A stretch of DNA of 64,000 bases from an uncultured delta proteobacterium (GTDB lineage Bacteria; Desulfobacterota; Binatia; Binatales; Binataceae). The stretch covers positions 576,001 to 640,000 of the forward strand of contig CAVRVY010000004.1 in assembly GCA_963724765.1 (NCBI GenBank). Direction: 5' to 3'. The notes beneath the pieces were generated by a model, which saw only the letters and a program-made list of their open reading frames with translations, was not told the DNA's origin and searched no databases. The position numbers and the translations under genes are program-made. Within the stretch, counting starts at the first letter, position 1, and every line of letters starts with the position of its first letter. Below, in pieces: positions 1-10,436 of the stretch.

Positions 1-462
1 GCAATACTCGGGACCGCAGACTCCCGGGATGAAGAGCGCCATCACCTCGTCGCCGATAAGCTTGTCCACGATTGCGTCATGTTGGATCAGAGTTTCGGTC
101 GCGGCATGGTAGAAACGGTTGAGCGTCGCGGCAAAAGCCTGGGGCCCAAGCTTCTCGCCCAAGGCGGTGGAGCCCCGGACGTCGGCGAAAAGCACTGCGA
201 TATCGACTTCCGCACCGCCCTCCGGAAGGGCGTCACAGCAGCGCGCGCAAAGGTTCGGATTCTTGCGCGACGGTTTGAACCCGAACAGTCCGACCAGTTT
301 GCCGCCGACTCCGCCGAACGGGTTGTGACACAGTTTGCAGCGCGGCGGCCCGGGCAGGTAGCGAAAGAGGCGATGCGCAAGCAGGATCGGCTGATGCCCT
401 TCGACTAGGAGCCTATGCCACGCGCGGTCGCTGGCGGTCGCCGTCTCCGGCTGGTTGGGCAT
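1..462 (-). CDS. Class III adenylate/guanylate cyclase with N-terminal Cys-rich domain (runs off window edge)
   Basis: Manual translation (absent from ORF track): MPNQPET...PPRCKLCHNPFGG...NPNLCARCCD...VLFADVRGSTALGE...LNRFY...IVDKLIGDEVMALF. FADVRGST and DKxIGD are class III cyclase motifs. Confidence 0.85.
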   Translation of the reverse strand, partial: MPNQPETATASDRAWHRLLVEGHQPILLAHRLFRYLPGPPRCKLCHNPFGGVGGKLVGLFGFKPSRKNPNLCARCCDALPEGGAEVDIAVLFADVRGSTALGEKLGPQAFAATLNRFYHAATETLIQHDAIVDKLIGDEVMALFIPGVCGPEYC

Positions 463-1525
463 AATTTTGTGAGGCTACCACGCAAATGCAGGGAATCACA
501 CAGGGGCGCGCGCCTGGCATGGAAGGCCGAATCGGCAATCTTCTCGACCAGCGTCCCTGGCTGGTGCTGAGATAGCGGCCGGTGGCGCTAGTGCGTCAGC
601 GAGTTGCCCGCACACGCGGTCACTGCGCGACGACCGAACAACTTGGCGATCGGGTGAGCGCTACATGGAGCTGACCGGCCGGTGGCGTAAGCGGACGAGT
701 CGATTCGGAGCGGGTGGTTATCGGGTCAGATTGCCGGGTGCGCTGGCGAGGTCTAAATTATGCCAAATGACGCTATTTGAATCACCCTCTCAATTCCGAG
801 AGAAAGCCGCGATTTGTCGAATTTTTGAGCTGTTGCCACTTCAAGCCCCCGCTTTGACGATGCTATGAGCCGACCGCGCGGCGTTGCCCCGTCGAAAAGG
901 CGCACGGCGAATCGCGAAGGAGCCGTCCGCAACGTCTGCCGCCTTTACAGTGAAGGCGATCGACGCGCTGCCAGGCGCGATCCGGGCGGCGACCTTGGCG
1001 CTCCTCGGTCCGCACGTCTGAGAGGTGGTGAGTCACGATGAGCGAAATCGTAATCAGCGTCCTCATTCCACTTGTCAGCGCCCTCGTGGGTGGACTTGCA
1101 GGCGCATATGTAGGCTACCGAGGTGCTCTTAGAGTGCAGCGCCAAGAGGACGAAAGCCGTTGCAAGGCAGCCGGTAAGGCACTCCTGGCCGAGATAATAA
1201 GAAATCACAGGGCGCTGGAGTACGTAGGAGAACACCGACCCGCTGGCTTCAGCCAATCGGTACTGAAGGCCGAACTCCCGATGCTGGCCAGACTCCTGGA
1301 CTGGAAAGAACTGCGTATTGCCTTAGAGCCTTACCTTCTTGCAGCCGAGCCACTACTTGGATTTTCCATAGCGGACGAACTTCGCAACAGAACTCTAGCT
1401 TATAAGTTCGCGGGCAACCCGGTCAGCTTTGAACGAAATGCCCAAGAAGTGCTCAAGACGTGTAAGGAGGAACTCGCGAAGGCGCGCCAGAAGTTTGCTG
1501 AGGCGGCCGAGGTCTTGCGATCTAG

Positions 1526-2822
1526 CAGGCCGTTGAGGAAGGGGTTTGATTAGTCAGTGTGATCGCCGTGGTAGTGATAGAAGCGCTGGATTCAGTGGTC
1601 GGGTTCGACGGTTTTCGCTGGCCGAGGCGAGCGCGGCGGTATGGTGGAGTCGTGCTTCATGCGGGGGCCGGGCCGAGTCTGGCGATTCGGAGCAGGTTGT
1701 AGGCGGCGGCCACCAGGTAGGCGTGGAGTTGGGTGCGGCGAGGCGCAATAGCGCGTTTTGCGCAGGCCGCCCACGGTCTTCATCCAGCCGAAGATCTCTT
1801 CGACCCGCTTGCGTACCCTTTGGCTCACCGCGTAGCCGGCATGACGGGCAGTGCGGTGGTCGAGTGCGGAGCCGCCGGCGCGACTCTCATTGCGCGCGAG
1901 GTGCGGGGTGACCTTGAGTGCGCGGCACGCGGCGACGAACTCGGCAGTGTCGTAGCCCTTGTCGGCACCCAGTGTAATCCGCCGGCTGCCCGGCAACGCG
2001 GTCTCCAGCATCGCACGGGCACTTTTGCGCTCGGCGTAGCCGTCGGCTGGTTCGACCGCGAACTCGATAAGAAGACCGTTGCGGTTCTCCATCAGCGCGT
2101 TGGCCGAGTAACACAATTTCGCTTCCTTGCCCGCTCCCTTCTTCGCCAGCTTCGCCTCGGGGTCGGTGGTCGACTGATGAGTCGCGTTGCGGCGGCGCTC
2201 GCCGTGGAAGTTATCGTCGGGTTGCCGGGTCGTCGGGCGGCTGGCTCGGTTCCCGCTCCTTGCGCTTGAAGCTCTTGAGCGACGCCCAGGCCTCGACCAG
2301 CGTGCCATCCACGGTGAAGTGCTCGTCCGAAAGCAACTGCATGGTCCGGGCCTGCGCGACCACGCGGGAAAAAAATTCGCGCGCCACGTCGTGCTCCAAA
2401 AGCCGCGCCCGGTTTCGCGAGAAGGTCGAATGGTCGAAGCTCGGCTCGGCCGCATCCATATCGAGGAACCAGCGGAACAACAGGTTGTAGTCGAGCTGCT
2501 CGCACAACATCCGTTCGCTGCGGACCGTATAGAGCGCCATCAGCAACGAGCCCTTCAGCAGTCGCTCGGCGGGATCGACGGCCGTCCGATCGCGCTGTAC
2601 ATCTCATCGAACAGCGGCGAAAGCTGCGCCAGCGCCGCATCGGCGAGTTCCTTGACCCGCCGCAGCGGATGCTCCTTCGGCACCCGATCGCCAGGCTCCA
2701 TGATCATCAATATCGCCGCTGCCGCCGCTCTTCTCCCCGCATCTGCCGCTTCCTCCACCAATCCGATTGCTCACTCTGACGAATTATATCGAAGTGAAAT
2801 TCAGGCGTTTATCAACGGCCTG
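1526..2822 (-). mobile_element. IS5-family insertion sequence, copy 1
   Basis: Terminal inverted repeats CAGGCCGTTGA...TCAACGGCCTG, flanked by CTAG at 1522-1525 and 2823-2826; near-identical to 3204-4505. Confidence 0.92.
1657..2742 (-). pseudogene. IS5-family DDE transposase, several frameshifts
   Basis: Fragments in different frames: GRPSIPP, RSERMLCEQLDYNLLFRWFL, HFTVDGTLVEAWAS, LGADKGYD, RKRVEEIFGWMK. Confidence 0.88.
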
Positions 2823-3203
2823 CTAGGGTTCGTACTGACGCGGAATCGCAGGACTTCGCGAGTTTGTCCATCAACGTAGCAACGCACGATAAAGGTCCGA
2901 CACTACCGGACCCGCGATAGATCAGAACCCCGATCCGGCGCACCGTGGCTCAACCGCGACGCGAAGCGCGATCCCGCGATGAAATGATGGCGAGTTGTTC
3001 GTCGCTCGCTGGACGAGGAAGTGGCGAGCGGCGAGTGCAGGCCCGGGTCATGTTCCTCGATTTTCTGGGTCAACCTCTGTCAATGGCGGACATGGGGCCT
3101 CCGCCTTCCGCCGCCGCGCTCCCCGCGGACCTGGTGTCTCAGCGATTTGTTTATGGGCCATTTTGTCCGCGCGTGACAAGAAATGTGAAACGACGGGGCC
3201 TAG

Positions 3204-4505
3204 CAGGCCGTTGAGGAAGGGGTTTGATTAGTCAGTGTGATCGCCGTGGTAGTGATAGAAGCGCTGGATTCAGTGGTCGGGTTCGACAGTTTTCGCTGGC
3301 CGAGGCGAGCGCGGCGGTATGGTGGAGTCGTGCTTCATGCGGGGGCCGGGCCGAGTCTGGCGATTCGGAGCAGGTTGTAGGCGGCGGCCACCAGGTAGGC
3401 GTGGAGTTGGGTGCGGTCGAGGCCGCAATAGCGCGTTTTGCGCAGGCCGCCCACGGTCTTCATCCAGCCGAAGATCTCTTCGACCCGCTTGCGTACCCTT
3501 TGGCTCACCGCGTAGCCGGCATGACGGGCAGTGCGGCGGTCGAGTGCGGAGCCGCCGGCGCGACTCTCGTTGCGCGCGAGGTGCGGGGTGACCTTGAGGC
3601 GCGGCAGGCGGCGACGAACTCGGCAGTGTCGTAGCCCTTGTCGGCACCCAGTGTAATCCGCCGGCTGCCCGGCAACGCGGTCTCCAGCATCGCACGGGCA
3701 CTTTTGCGCTCGGCGTAGCCGTCGGCTGGTTCGACCGCGAACTCGATCAGAAGACCGTTGCGGTTCTCCATCAGCGCGTTGGCCGAGTAACACAATTTCG
3801 CTTCCTTGCCCGCGCCCTTCTTCGCCAGCTTCGCCTCGGGGTCGGTGGTCGACTGATGAGTCGCGTTGGGGCGGCGCTCGCCGTGGAAGTTAATCGTCGG
3901 GTTGCCGGGGTCGTCGGGCGGCTGGCTCGGTTCCCGGTCCTTGCGCTTGAAGCTCTTGAGCGACGCCCAGGCCTCGACCAGCGTGCCGTCCACGGTGAAG
4001 TGCTCGTCCGAAAGCAACTGCATGGTCCGGGCCTGCGCGACCACGCGGGTAAAAAATTCGCGCGCCACGTCGTGCTCCAAAAGCCGCGCCCGGTTGCGCG
4101 AGAAGGTCGAATGGTCGAAGCTCGGCTCGGCCGCATCCATATCGAGGAACCAGCGGAACAACAGGTTGTAGTCGAGCTGCTCGCACAACATCCGTTCGCT
4201 GCGCACCGTATAGAGCGCCATCAGCAACGAGCCCTTCAGCAGTCGCTCGGGCGGGATCGACGGCCGTCCGATCGCGCTGTACATCTCATCGAACAGCGGC
4301 GAAAGCTGCGCCAGCGCCGCATCGGCGAGTTCCTTGACCCGCCGCAGCGGATGCTCCTTCGGCACCCGATCGCCAGGCTCCATGATCATCAATATCGCCC
4401 GCTGCCGCCGCTCTTCTCCCCGCATCTGCCGCTTCCTCCACCAATCCGATTGCTCACTCTGACGAATTATATCGAAGTGAAATTCAGGCGTTTATCAACG
4501 GCCTG
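3204..4505 (-). mobile_element. IS5-family insertion sequence, copy 2
   Basis: Same TIRs; CTAG at 3200-3203 and 4506-4509. Confidence 0.92.
3335..4425 (-). pseudogene. IS5-family DDE transposase, one frameshift near 3598
   Basis: ORFs 3505..4425 and 3335..3793 together give the full transposase. Copy 1 has one more base at the equivalent site (GACCTTGAGTGCG vs GACCTTGAGGCG). Confidence 0.88.
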
Positions 4506-4797
4506 CTAGGCGGGTCGACCGACATCCAGATCTGAACAACTTTTCCGCTCTAGCAATGCTGGAATCCGCAATGTTCCGGAGCGGACCGTGACGCCTGCTA
4601 AGAACGCGATGGACGTACCTTTGCCGTCGCCGCTTCAATTTGGCATCACTGAAGTTAAAGTTGAGACTCCTGTGACCTCTATTTGCATGTCGTTTAGAGT
4701 CGCTGACAGCTGCTCGACATACTAGTCCCTCGACATGCGACGCTCGACACACTGTATCGCTCGAACCGGTCGCCGATGAGGAGGTGCTCGACCACAC

Positions 4798-5067
4798 TCA
4801 GTCCACCTCGGCGGTGAAGTCTTGTATAAAGGGCCCTTTGCGCTTTTCCGTGGCGAAGCCCTTTCTGTCCCGCCTCGCTTCGTACAGGCAAACTTCAAAC
4901 GACCGAAAATCGACCTCTTCGGCTTCGATGATGAATTCTTCTCCATTTCTGTTTTGCAGATAAGGCTCAAGGCCGTGAGCGATTTGACGTATCAGTGACT
5001 CGACCTCTACCGCTTTCGTGGTCGGCAAAAGCTTGTGCACCCAGCGAGTGCTGTAACAGAGGTGCAC
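4798..5067 (-). pseudogene. Hypothetical protein fragment
   Basis: 89-aa ORF; the same frame continues past TGA codons on both sides; no recognisable family. Confidence 0.3.
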
Positions 5068-5185
5068 GAACGATTCCGCGTCGCGCCAGACGAAGTCGAT
5101 CTTTCTTCAACCGCCGCCGAGGTAGAGGATGGCGAACAACCGGATTGTCATCCTGCTAGTTCCGGAAATCTATCTTCTGTTTTGG

Positions 5186-5509
5186 CTATTTGTACGTTGA
5201 ATTCTCAGGGTTTGGCGGGACGAGCGGCTTGACGTTCTTTTCCCAGTACTCTCGCATCTGAGCCCACCATGTTCGGATTGCTGCCCTTGCCTCTTGGAGG
5301 CTCGCAAAGTCCGCTCCACCCTTCATTTGGTTGCATATTATGCAGGCGGTCTCGCGGTTCTCGGGTTCATCGCTCCCGAGTCGTGACTTAGGCTTGAAGT
5401 GATCCACCTGAAGTAACGCCCACCCATTGAACGTCCGTCCGTCAAAGCCACAGTACACGCATTTGAACTCATTCCGCGCAAAGGTTTGCTCATCGGTCTC
5501 TGGTGCCAT
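5186..5509 (-). CDS. Small HNH endonuclease
   Basis: FKCVYCG...LQVDHFKPKS...ETACIICNQMKG: CxxC / DH / CxxCN HNH (McrA-like) signature. Confidence 0.85.
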   Translation of the reverse strand: MAPETDEQTFARNEFKCVYCGFDGRTFNGWALLQVDHFKPKSRLGSDEPENRETACIICNQMKGGADFASLQEARAAIRTWWAQMREYWEKNVKPLVPPNPENSTYK

Positions 5510-5780
5510 CGCTTTAGCTCCTATGGTTTCACCATAGGCCCCGGAACCGCTCAACGCCAAGCGGTGCACAAGCGGAGCAGCTCAGCGACGGAGTGCGACG
5601 GCGCGTTGATCGTTGGCGCTTGGTCGCGGGGTCACTCAGTTCCTCCACCTCATTAACAGCCGGTGGATTGCCGATTAGCGACGGTCTTTACCCCGTCGAC
5701 CTTGCGCCTACAATTAAATAACTGGCCCGCGAGAGCGAACCATTTTCTGTTCTCGGACATTGGCTGGAGGGTCAAAATAA

Positions 5781-6269
5781 GTGACGTTGTTCGATTACGC
5801 TCAAATATGCATGAACGGTCACGTAATCAACTCGGTTGCCGGACAAGCTCCGGCCTTGAACCGGAAATTCTGCGCGTCGTGCGGGGCGAAGACTATTACA
5901 CAATGCCCCTCATGTCAGTCTCCGATAAGAGGGGAACCGCGAGTGTCGTGGATGGCAAGCGACGTGGTGCCTCCGTACACATGCCCGTCATTCTGCGAGG
6001 ACTGCGGCAGCCCGTACCCGTGGACCCAATCGAAGCTCGTAGCAGCGACGGAATTGATCGAACTGTCGGACGATATTGAAGCGTCCGACAAAGAGATTCT
6101 TGTGGCCGACCTACCCGACCTTGCTCGCGAAACACCAAAGACAAAGGTGGCAGCAACCAGGTTCAGGAAAATCGCCGTAAGGCTGGGCGGGAGCGTAGCT
6201 TCCGCACTGCGAGACATCGCTGTGGATGTTGCGAGTGAAGCAGCAAAGAAAATCATAGTCGGCCCTTAG
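5781..6269 (+). CDS. DUF2321-like zinc-ribbon protein
   Basis: AQICMNGH...FCASCGAKTITQCPSCQSPIRG...PSFCEDCGSPYPWT...DIAVDVASEAAKK matches the DUF2321 pattern as I recall it; GGAGG upstream. Confidence 0.8.
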   Translation: MTLFDYAQICMNGHVINSVAGQAPALNRKFCASCGAKTITQCPSCQSPIRGEPRVSWMASDVVPPYTCPSFCEDCGSPYPWTQSKLVAATELIELSDDIEASDKEILVADLPDLARETPKTKVAATRFRKIAVRLGGSVASALRDIAVDVASEAAKKIIVGP

Positions 6270-6523
6270 GAAGGTCCCTCAATTGCTTCGGAGCCACGGG
6301 ACTGGCCGTTCAACAAACGTACAACTCCCAAACTTTTCGAGAAATTTTCCGCGCGGCGCCTGCCGCCCGTTTTCGATCGCAGCCAACGGGAGATCGACCC
6401 TCCTACCCCCGCTCGCGACCGCAGCCGCGCCGCCTCGATGACACCCGGCGACTTCGAGGCCGAGCGCCTGAGTGCTCGGCTTCGAAGCCAGAAACACAGT
6501 CTTAGATCGCAAAGGCTTTCGCT

Positions 6524-6545
6524 GCCGTCTATAAGCCGTCTACAC
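6524..6545. repeat. Tandem direct repeat GCCGTCTA(T/C)A, 12-bp period; possible integrase arm-type sites
   Basis: GCCGTCTATA then GCCGTCTACA about 65 bp beyond the tRNA-Arg 3' end; overlaps the hairpin AAGCCGT-CTAC-ACGGCTT. Confidence 0.4.
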
Positions 6546-6610
6546 GGCTTGTCAGGCCCGCCTCTTCGATGACGGCTGGCACTAAAAAGCGTTGATTTAT
6601 GGGATTGATT

Positions 6611-6687
6611 TGGCGCGCCGTGAGGGATTTGAACCCCCGACCCTCAGATCCGTAGTCTGATGCTCTAATCCGCTGAGCTAACGGCGC
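6611..6687 (-). tRNA. tRNA-Arg(ACG)
   Basis: GCGCCGTTAGCTCAGCGGATTAGAGCATCAGACT-ACG-GATCTGAGGGTCGGGGGTTCAAATCCCTCACGGCGCGCCA; cloverleaf with encoded CCA. Confidence 0.97.
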
Positions 6688-6804
6688 ACGCCGGACAGAA
6701 AAATTTCTCACATCGAACGCAGCGCCGCAAGACGCCGGTCGGAGCCCTCCTGGCCTGTTCCTCCAGTCGTCCCCAATCGGCGGAGGAATCGGATCGATCA
6801 TCAG

Positions 6805-8226
6805 TTACGGCGCAGGGGGCGCCGCTGGTAGCCATACGCTTACCGTCGTGCCTTCGCGCAGCCGGCTCTCGATGCGCAGCGCTCCGCGATGGAGCTGCAC
6901 GATGTGCTTGACGATCGCGAGGCCCAGGCCGGTCCCACCAAGCTCGCGCGAGCGTGCCCGGTCGACCCGGTAGAACCGCTCAGTCAGACGCGGGATGTCG
7001 GCTGCCGGAATACCTTCGCCACTGTCGGCGATCGCCAGTTCGACCCCGTCGCGGGACTCCTTGCCCGGCGCATCGGTGTGACGGGCGGCCCGCGCTTCGA
7101 CCGTAACGCGGCCGTCGCGCGGCGTGTATTTGATCGCGTTGTCGATCAGATTGATCAGTACCTGGTTCAAGCGATCGCGATCTCCTTCTATTTGCACCAC
7201 CTCTTCGGCGTATCGCGTCTCCAGGGTCACGCCTTGACGTTCGGCCCGCTCGCGCATCAGCTCCACCGCCTCGTCGGCAACGCGCCTGACCTCCAGCGGC
7301 TCGAGCCGGAGCGGCGAAAGTCCGCGTTCGAGGTCGGAGAGCGTGATCAGGTCGTCGATGAGACGGGCGAGGCGGCGCGATTGGCGCTCGATAATGCTCA
7401 GGAAGCGGCGCTGGGTATCGTGGTCGTCGACGCCAGCGACCAGAGTTTCGGCATAGCCGCAGAGCGCGCTTAGCGGCGTGCGGATCTCGTGCGTCAGGTT
7501 GGCGATGAAATCCGCGCGCACGGTCTCGTAGGACTTGAGCTGGGTGATATCGTGGAAGACCAGCACCCAGGCCGCCGCAGTGCCGGCGTTGGTGCGCACG
7601 GGCGCGGCGTTGGCGGCGAGATAATGCGGCGCGGGGCTTTGAATCTGAAACTCGGCCGTGACCATCCCGTCGTCCGCCGCCGCGCTCATCGAGCGCGCGA
7701 CGAAATCCTGCAGGCGCGGATCGCGGCACAGCTCGACGAAAGCGCGGCCCCGGTAGTCAGTGTCGGCGTCGAGCGCGAACATGCCCCGCGCCGCCCCGTT
7801 GACCAGCACGATGTCGCCGCGCCGCCCGGTCACCACCACCGCCTCGGTCATGCTGCGCAAAATGGCCGCGAACTCATCGCGCTGCTCGGCCAGCACTTCG
7901 AGCTCGCGGGCCACTGCGTCGGCGACCTCGAGCAGGCGATGCTCCGCAAGGCCCATCGCGTCGGCGCCCTCGTGATGCAGATGGGCGGGCGGGCGGCGCT
8001 CCTCGAGCGCCGCGGCGGCCTCCTCCACTCGCTCCGTGCTGCGCGTCCAGGCCCTGGCGATCGCGGAAGTGGCGAGCGTACCGATGATGAGTCCCGCCGC
8101 CAGCGCGCCGATTGCCCAAGGCCACGCAAGCCGCCCCGCCGCCGGCAATATGCCGAGCAGGATGGCCGGCGGGACGAGCGTTAGCAGCACCGCCACCGCG
8201 AGGCGGAGCTTTATTGATTTACCCAA
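6805..8226 (-). CDS. phoR: Phosphate regulon sensor histidine kinase
   Basis: Two TM helices, PAS-like region, H-box THEIRTPL, NLIDNAIKY, FYRVDRARSRELGGTGLGL; downstream of phoB. Confidence 0.92.
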   Translation of the reverse strand: MGKSIKLRLAVAVLLTLVPPAILLGILPAAGRLAWPWAIGALAAGLIIGTLATSAIARAWTRSTERVEEAAAALEERRPPAHLHHEGADAMGLAEHRLLEVADAVARELEVLAEQRDEFAAILRSMTEAVVVTGRRGDIVLVNGAARGMFALDADTDYRGRAFVELCRDPRLQDFVARSMSAAADDGMVTAEFQIQSPAPHYLAANAAPVRTNAGTAAAWVLVFHDITQLKSYETVRADFIANLTHEIRTPLSALCGYAETLVAGVDDHDTQRRFLSIIERQSRRLARLIDDLITLSDLERGLSPLRLEPLEVRRVADEAVELMRERAERQGVTLETRYAEEVVQIEGDRDRLNQVLINLIDNAIKYTPRDGRVTVEARAARHTDAPGKESRDGVELAIADSGEGIPAADIPRLTERFYRVDRARSRELGGTGLGLAIVKHIVQLHRGALRIESRLREGTTVSVWLPAAPPAP

Positions 8227-8959
8227 GCGTTTCCAGATTGAAACGGTAGCCGACGCTGCGGACCGTCAGAATCAGTTCGGGATTGGCGTCGTCGCGCTCG
8301 ATATGGCGGCGCAGGCGGCGCACGTGAACGTCAACCGTGCGCGGTTCGACGAAGGTGTCGCGCCCCCACACCAGGTCGAGCAACTGCTCGCGGGTGTAGA
8401 CGCGCATCGGATGCTGCACAAAAAAACGCAGCAGCTCGAACTCGCGCAACGTCATCTCCAGCCGGCGCCCGTCGATAAACGCCTCGTAGGTGCCGAAGTC
8501 CATCTTGAGCCGCCCACGCTCGAAACCGCCGGCTTCGCCCGGTTCGGTGAGCAGCCGCGCTCGGCGCAGCAGCGCCCGGATGCGCGCGAGCACCTCGCGC
8601 GGGCTGAACGGCTTGACCACGTAGTCGTCGGCCCCCATCTCGAGGCCGAGCACGCGGTCGACCTCGGCGCCCTTGGCGGTGAGCATCAGGATCGGCATCG
8701 TGGCCGTCGGCGGCTGCGCACGCATCCGCCGGCAGAGCTCGAGCCCGGACATCCCGGGCAGCATCACGTCGAGCACCATCAGGTCCGGCGCGCGCCGCCC
8801 GATGCGCTCGAGCGCGGTGTCCGCGTCAGAGGCTTCGTCGACGATGAAGCCCTCCTGCTCGAGGCTGTAGCGCACCAGCTCGCGGATGTCGCGCTCGTCC
8901 TCGACCAGCAGGATGCGATGGCGGGAAGCGGAACGCGTCTGGGCGGCGGCTTCATTCAT
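8219..8959 (-). CDS. phoB: Phosphate regulon response regulator (OmpR family)
   Basis: LDVMLPG, GADDYVVKPFS, RTVDVHVRRLR, TVRSVGYRF; located in the pst/phoU operon. Confidence 0.92.
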   Translation of the reverse strand: MNEAAAQTRSASRHRILLVEDERDIRELVRYSLEQEGFIVDEASDADTALERIGRRAPDLMVLDVMLPGMSGLELCRRMRAQPPTATMPILMLTAKGAEVDRVLGLEMGADDYVVKPFSPREVLARIRALLRRARLLTEPGEAGGFERGRLKMDFGTYEAFIDGRRLEMTLREFELLRFFVQHPMRVYTREQLLDLVWGRDTFVEPRTVDVHVRRLRRHIERDDANPELILTVRSVGYRFNLETLG

Positions 8960-9644
8960 GTTTCTTTTTGTCCATGTGGCGGATGGTGCGTCCTTTCACC
9001 ATGAAGACGACCATCTCGGCAATGTTCGTTGCGTGATCGGCGATACGCTCGAGGTACTTCGATATGAACAGCAAGCGGGTGGCGCGCGGGATGGTGTGCG
9101 GGTCTTCGGCCATGTAGGAGAGCAGCTCGCGGTACATCTGGTAGTTAAGCTGGTCGACCTCGTCGTCGCGTTCGATCACTTCCTCGGCGAGCGCGGCGTC
9201 GTCGCGCAGGAACGCGTCAAGGCTGTCCTTGAGCATCGATTGCGCCGCCGCGGCCATCCGCGGCAGGTCGAGGTAGGGTTTGAGTTGCGGCTCCTCGTTG
9301 AGCTCTAGTACGCGCTCGCAGATATTGACGGCGTTGTCGCCGATGCGCTCGAGGTCGGTGGTGATCTTGAGCCCGGTGGTGATGAAGCGCAGGTCGCTGG
9401 CGGCCGGCTGATGCAATGCGAGCAACCGGATGCATTGCTCGTCGGTCTCGACGTCCATCCGGTTAACCTCGGCGTCGCGCGCGATGATCTCGCGCGCCTT
9501 GACGGTGTCGCGATTGACCAGTGCTTCCATGGCTTCGGCGATCTGGCGCTCGACCAGACCGCCCATCTTGAGCAGGTCGCCGCGCACGGCGCGCAATTCC
9601 TCCTCGTACTGGCGGTTAGTATGCTGCGGCTGCAAGTTGTCCAT
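8952..9644 (-). CDS. phoU: Phosphate signalling protein PhoU
   Basis: QPAASDLR, DLERIGD, YLERIADHATNIAE. Confidence 0.97.
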   Translation of the reverse strand: MDNLQPQHTNRQYEEELRAVRGDLLKMGGLVERQIAEAMEALVNRDTVKAREIIARDAEVNRMDVETDEQCIRLLALHQPAASDLRFITTGLKITTDLERIGDNAVNICERVLELNEEPQLKPYLDLPRMAAAAQSMLKDSLDAFLRDDAALAEEVIERDDEVDQLNYQMYRELLSYMAEDPHTIPRATRLLFISKYLERIADHATNIAEMVVFMVKGRTIRHMDKKKHE

Positions 9645-9668
9645 TTGCGCCTCCCCGGCGTGCGGCGG

Positions 9669-10430
9669 TTAGCCGAAACGCCCGGTGATGTAGTCCTCGG
9701 TCTCGCGGCGGCCCGGGTTGGTGAAAATCTGCCGAGTCTCACCGAACTCGATCAGTTCCCCTGTATACAGGAAGGCGGTCAGGTCCGCGGTGCGGGCCGC
9801 CTGTTGCATATTATGCGTTACCAACACGATTGTGTAATTGGCCTTGAGCTCCAACAAGAGCTCTTCGATGCGCGCGGTCGAAATCGGATCGAGCGCCGAG
9901 CACGGCTCGTCCATCAGCAGCACCTCGGGCTCGACCGCGAGCGCGCGCGCCACGCACAGGCGCTGCTGCTGGCCGCCCGAGAGGCTGGCGCCGGGGCGGC
10001 GCAGGCGTTCCTTGACTTCGTCCCACAGGGCCGCCTGGCGCAGGCTCCGCTCGACGATCCGGTCGCGCTCCGGACGTTTGAGCGCGACGCCATTGAGCTT
10101 GAGGCCCGCGGCCACATTGTCCTCGATCGACATGGTTGGAAACGGCGTCGGCTTCTGGAACACCATCCCGATCCGCCGCCGCACCTGCACCGCGTCGACT
10201 CCGGGCGCGTAGATGTCCTCTCCGTCGAGCAGCACTTCACCCTCGGCCCGCGCTCCGGCCACGACTTCGTGCATCCGGTTGAGGCATCGCACCAGCGTCG
10301 ACTTGCCGCATCCCGAGGGCCCGATGATCGCGGTCACCACGTTGGGCGGGAACGCCAGGTTGATGTCGTGGATGGCGCGGGTCTGCCCGAAGTAAGCGCT
10401 CAAATGACGTGCGACGAGTTTTTCAGCCAT
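9669..10430 (-). CDS. pstB: Phosphate ABC transporter ATPase
   Basis: [49 protein letters not shown]. Confidence 0.97.
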   Translation of the reverse strand: MAEKLVARHLSAYFGQTRAIHDINLAFPPNVVTAIIGPSGCGKSTLVRCLNRMHEVVAGARAEGEVLLDGEDIYAPGVDAVQVRRRIGMVFQKPTPFPTMSIEDNVAAGLKLNGVALKRPERDRIVERSLRQAALWDEVKERLRRPGASLSGGQQQRLCVARALAVEPEVLLMDEPCSALDPISTARIEELLLELKANYTIVLVTHNMQQAARTADLTAFLYTGELIEFGETRQIFTNPGRRETEDYITGRFG

Positions 10431-10436
10431 GGTGAC

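Larger units (their letters stand above)
1038..2920 (+). pseudogene. Hypothetical membrane-anchored protein interrupted by IS5-family element
   Basis: ORF from 1038 with an N-terminal hydrophobic helix enters the IS at CTAG 1522-1525. Removing the IS and one CTAG restores an open frame (..RSRVRTDAESQDFASLSINVATHDKGPTLPDPR*) to TAG 2918-2920. Confidence 0.6.

Noticed and set aside
1526-4505. Composite transposon formed by the two IS5 copies
   Set aside because: Each copy has its own CTAG flanks, and the enclosed DNA continues the gene interrupted by copy 1.
4510-5151. Minus-strand frame interrupted only by TGA codons, suggesting selenocysteine recoding
   Set aside because: No redox motif context or recognisable SECIS; pseudogene decay is simpler.
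5186-5509. HNH protein as IscB/Cas9-like RNA-guided nuclease
   Set aside because: Only 107 aa, with no RuvC motifs and no adjacent array.
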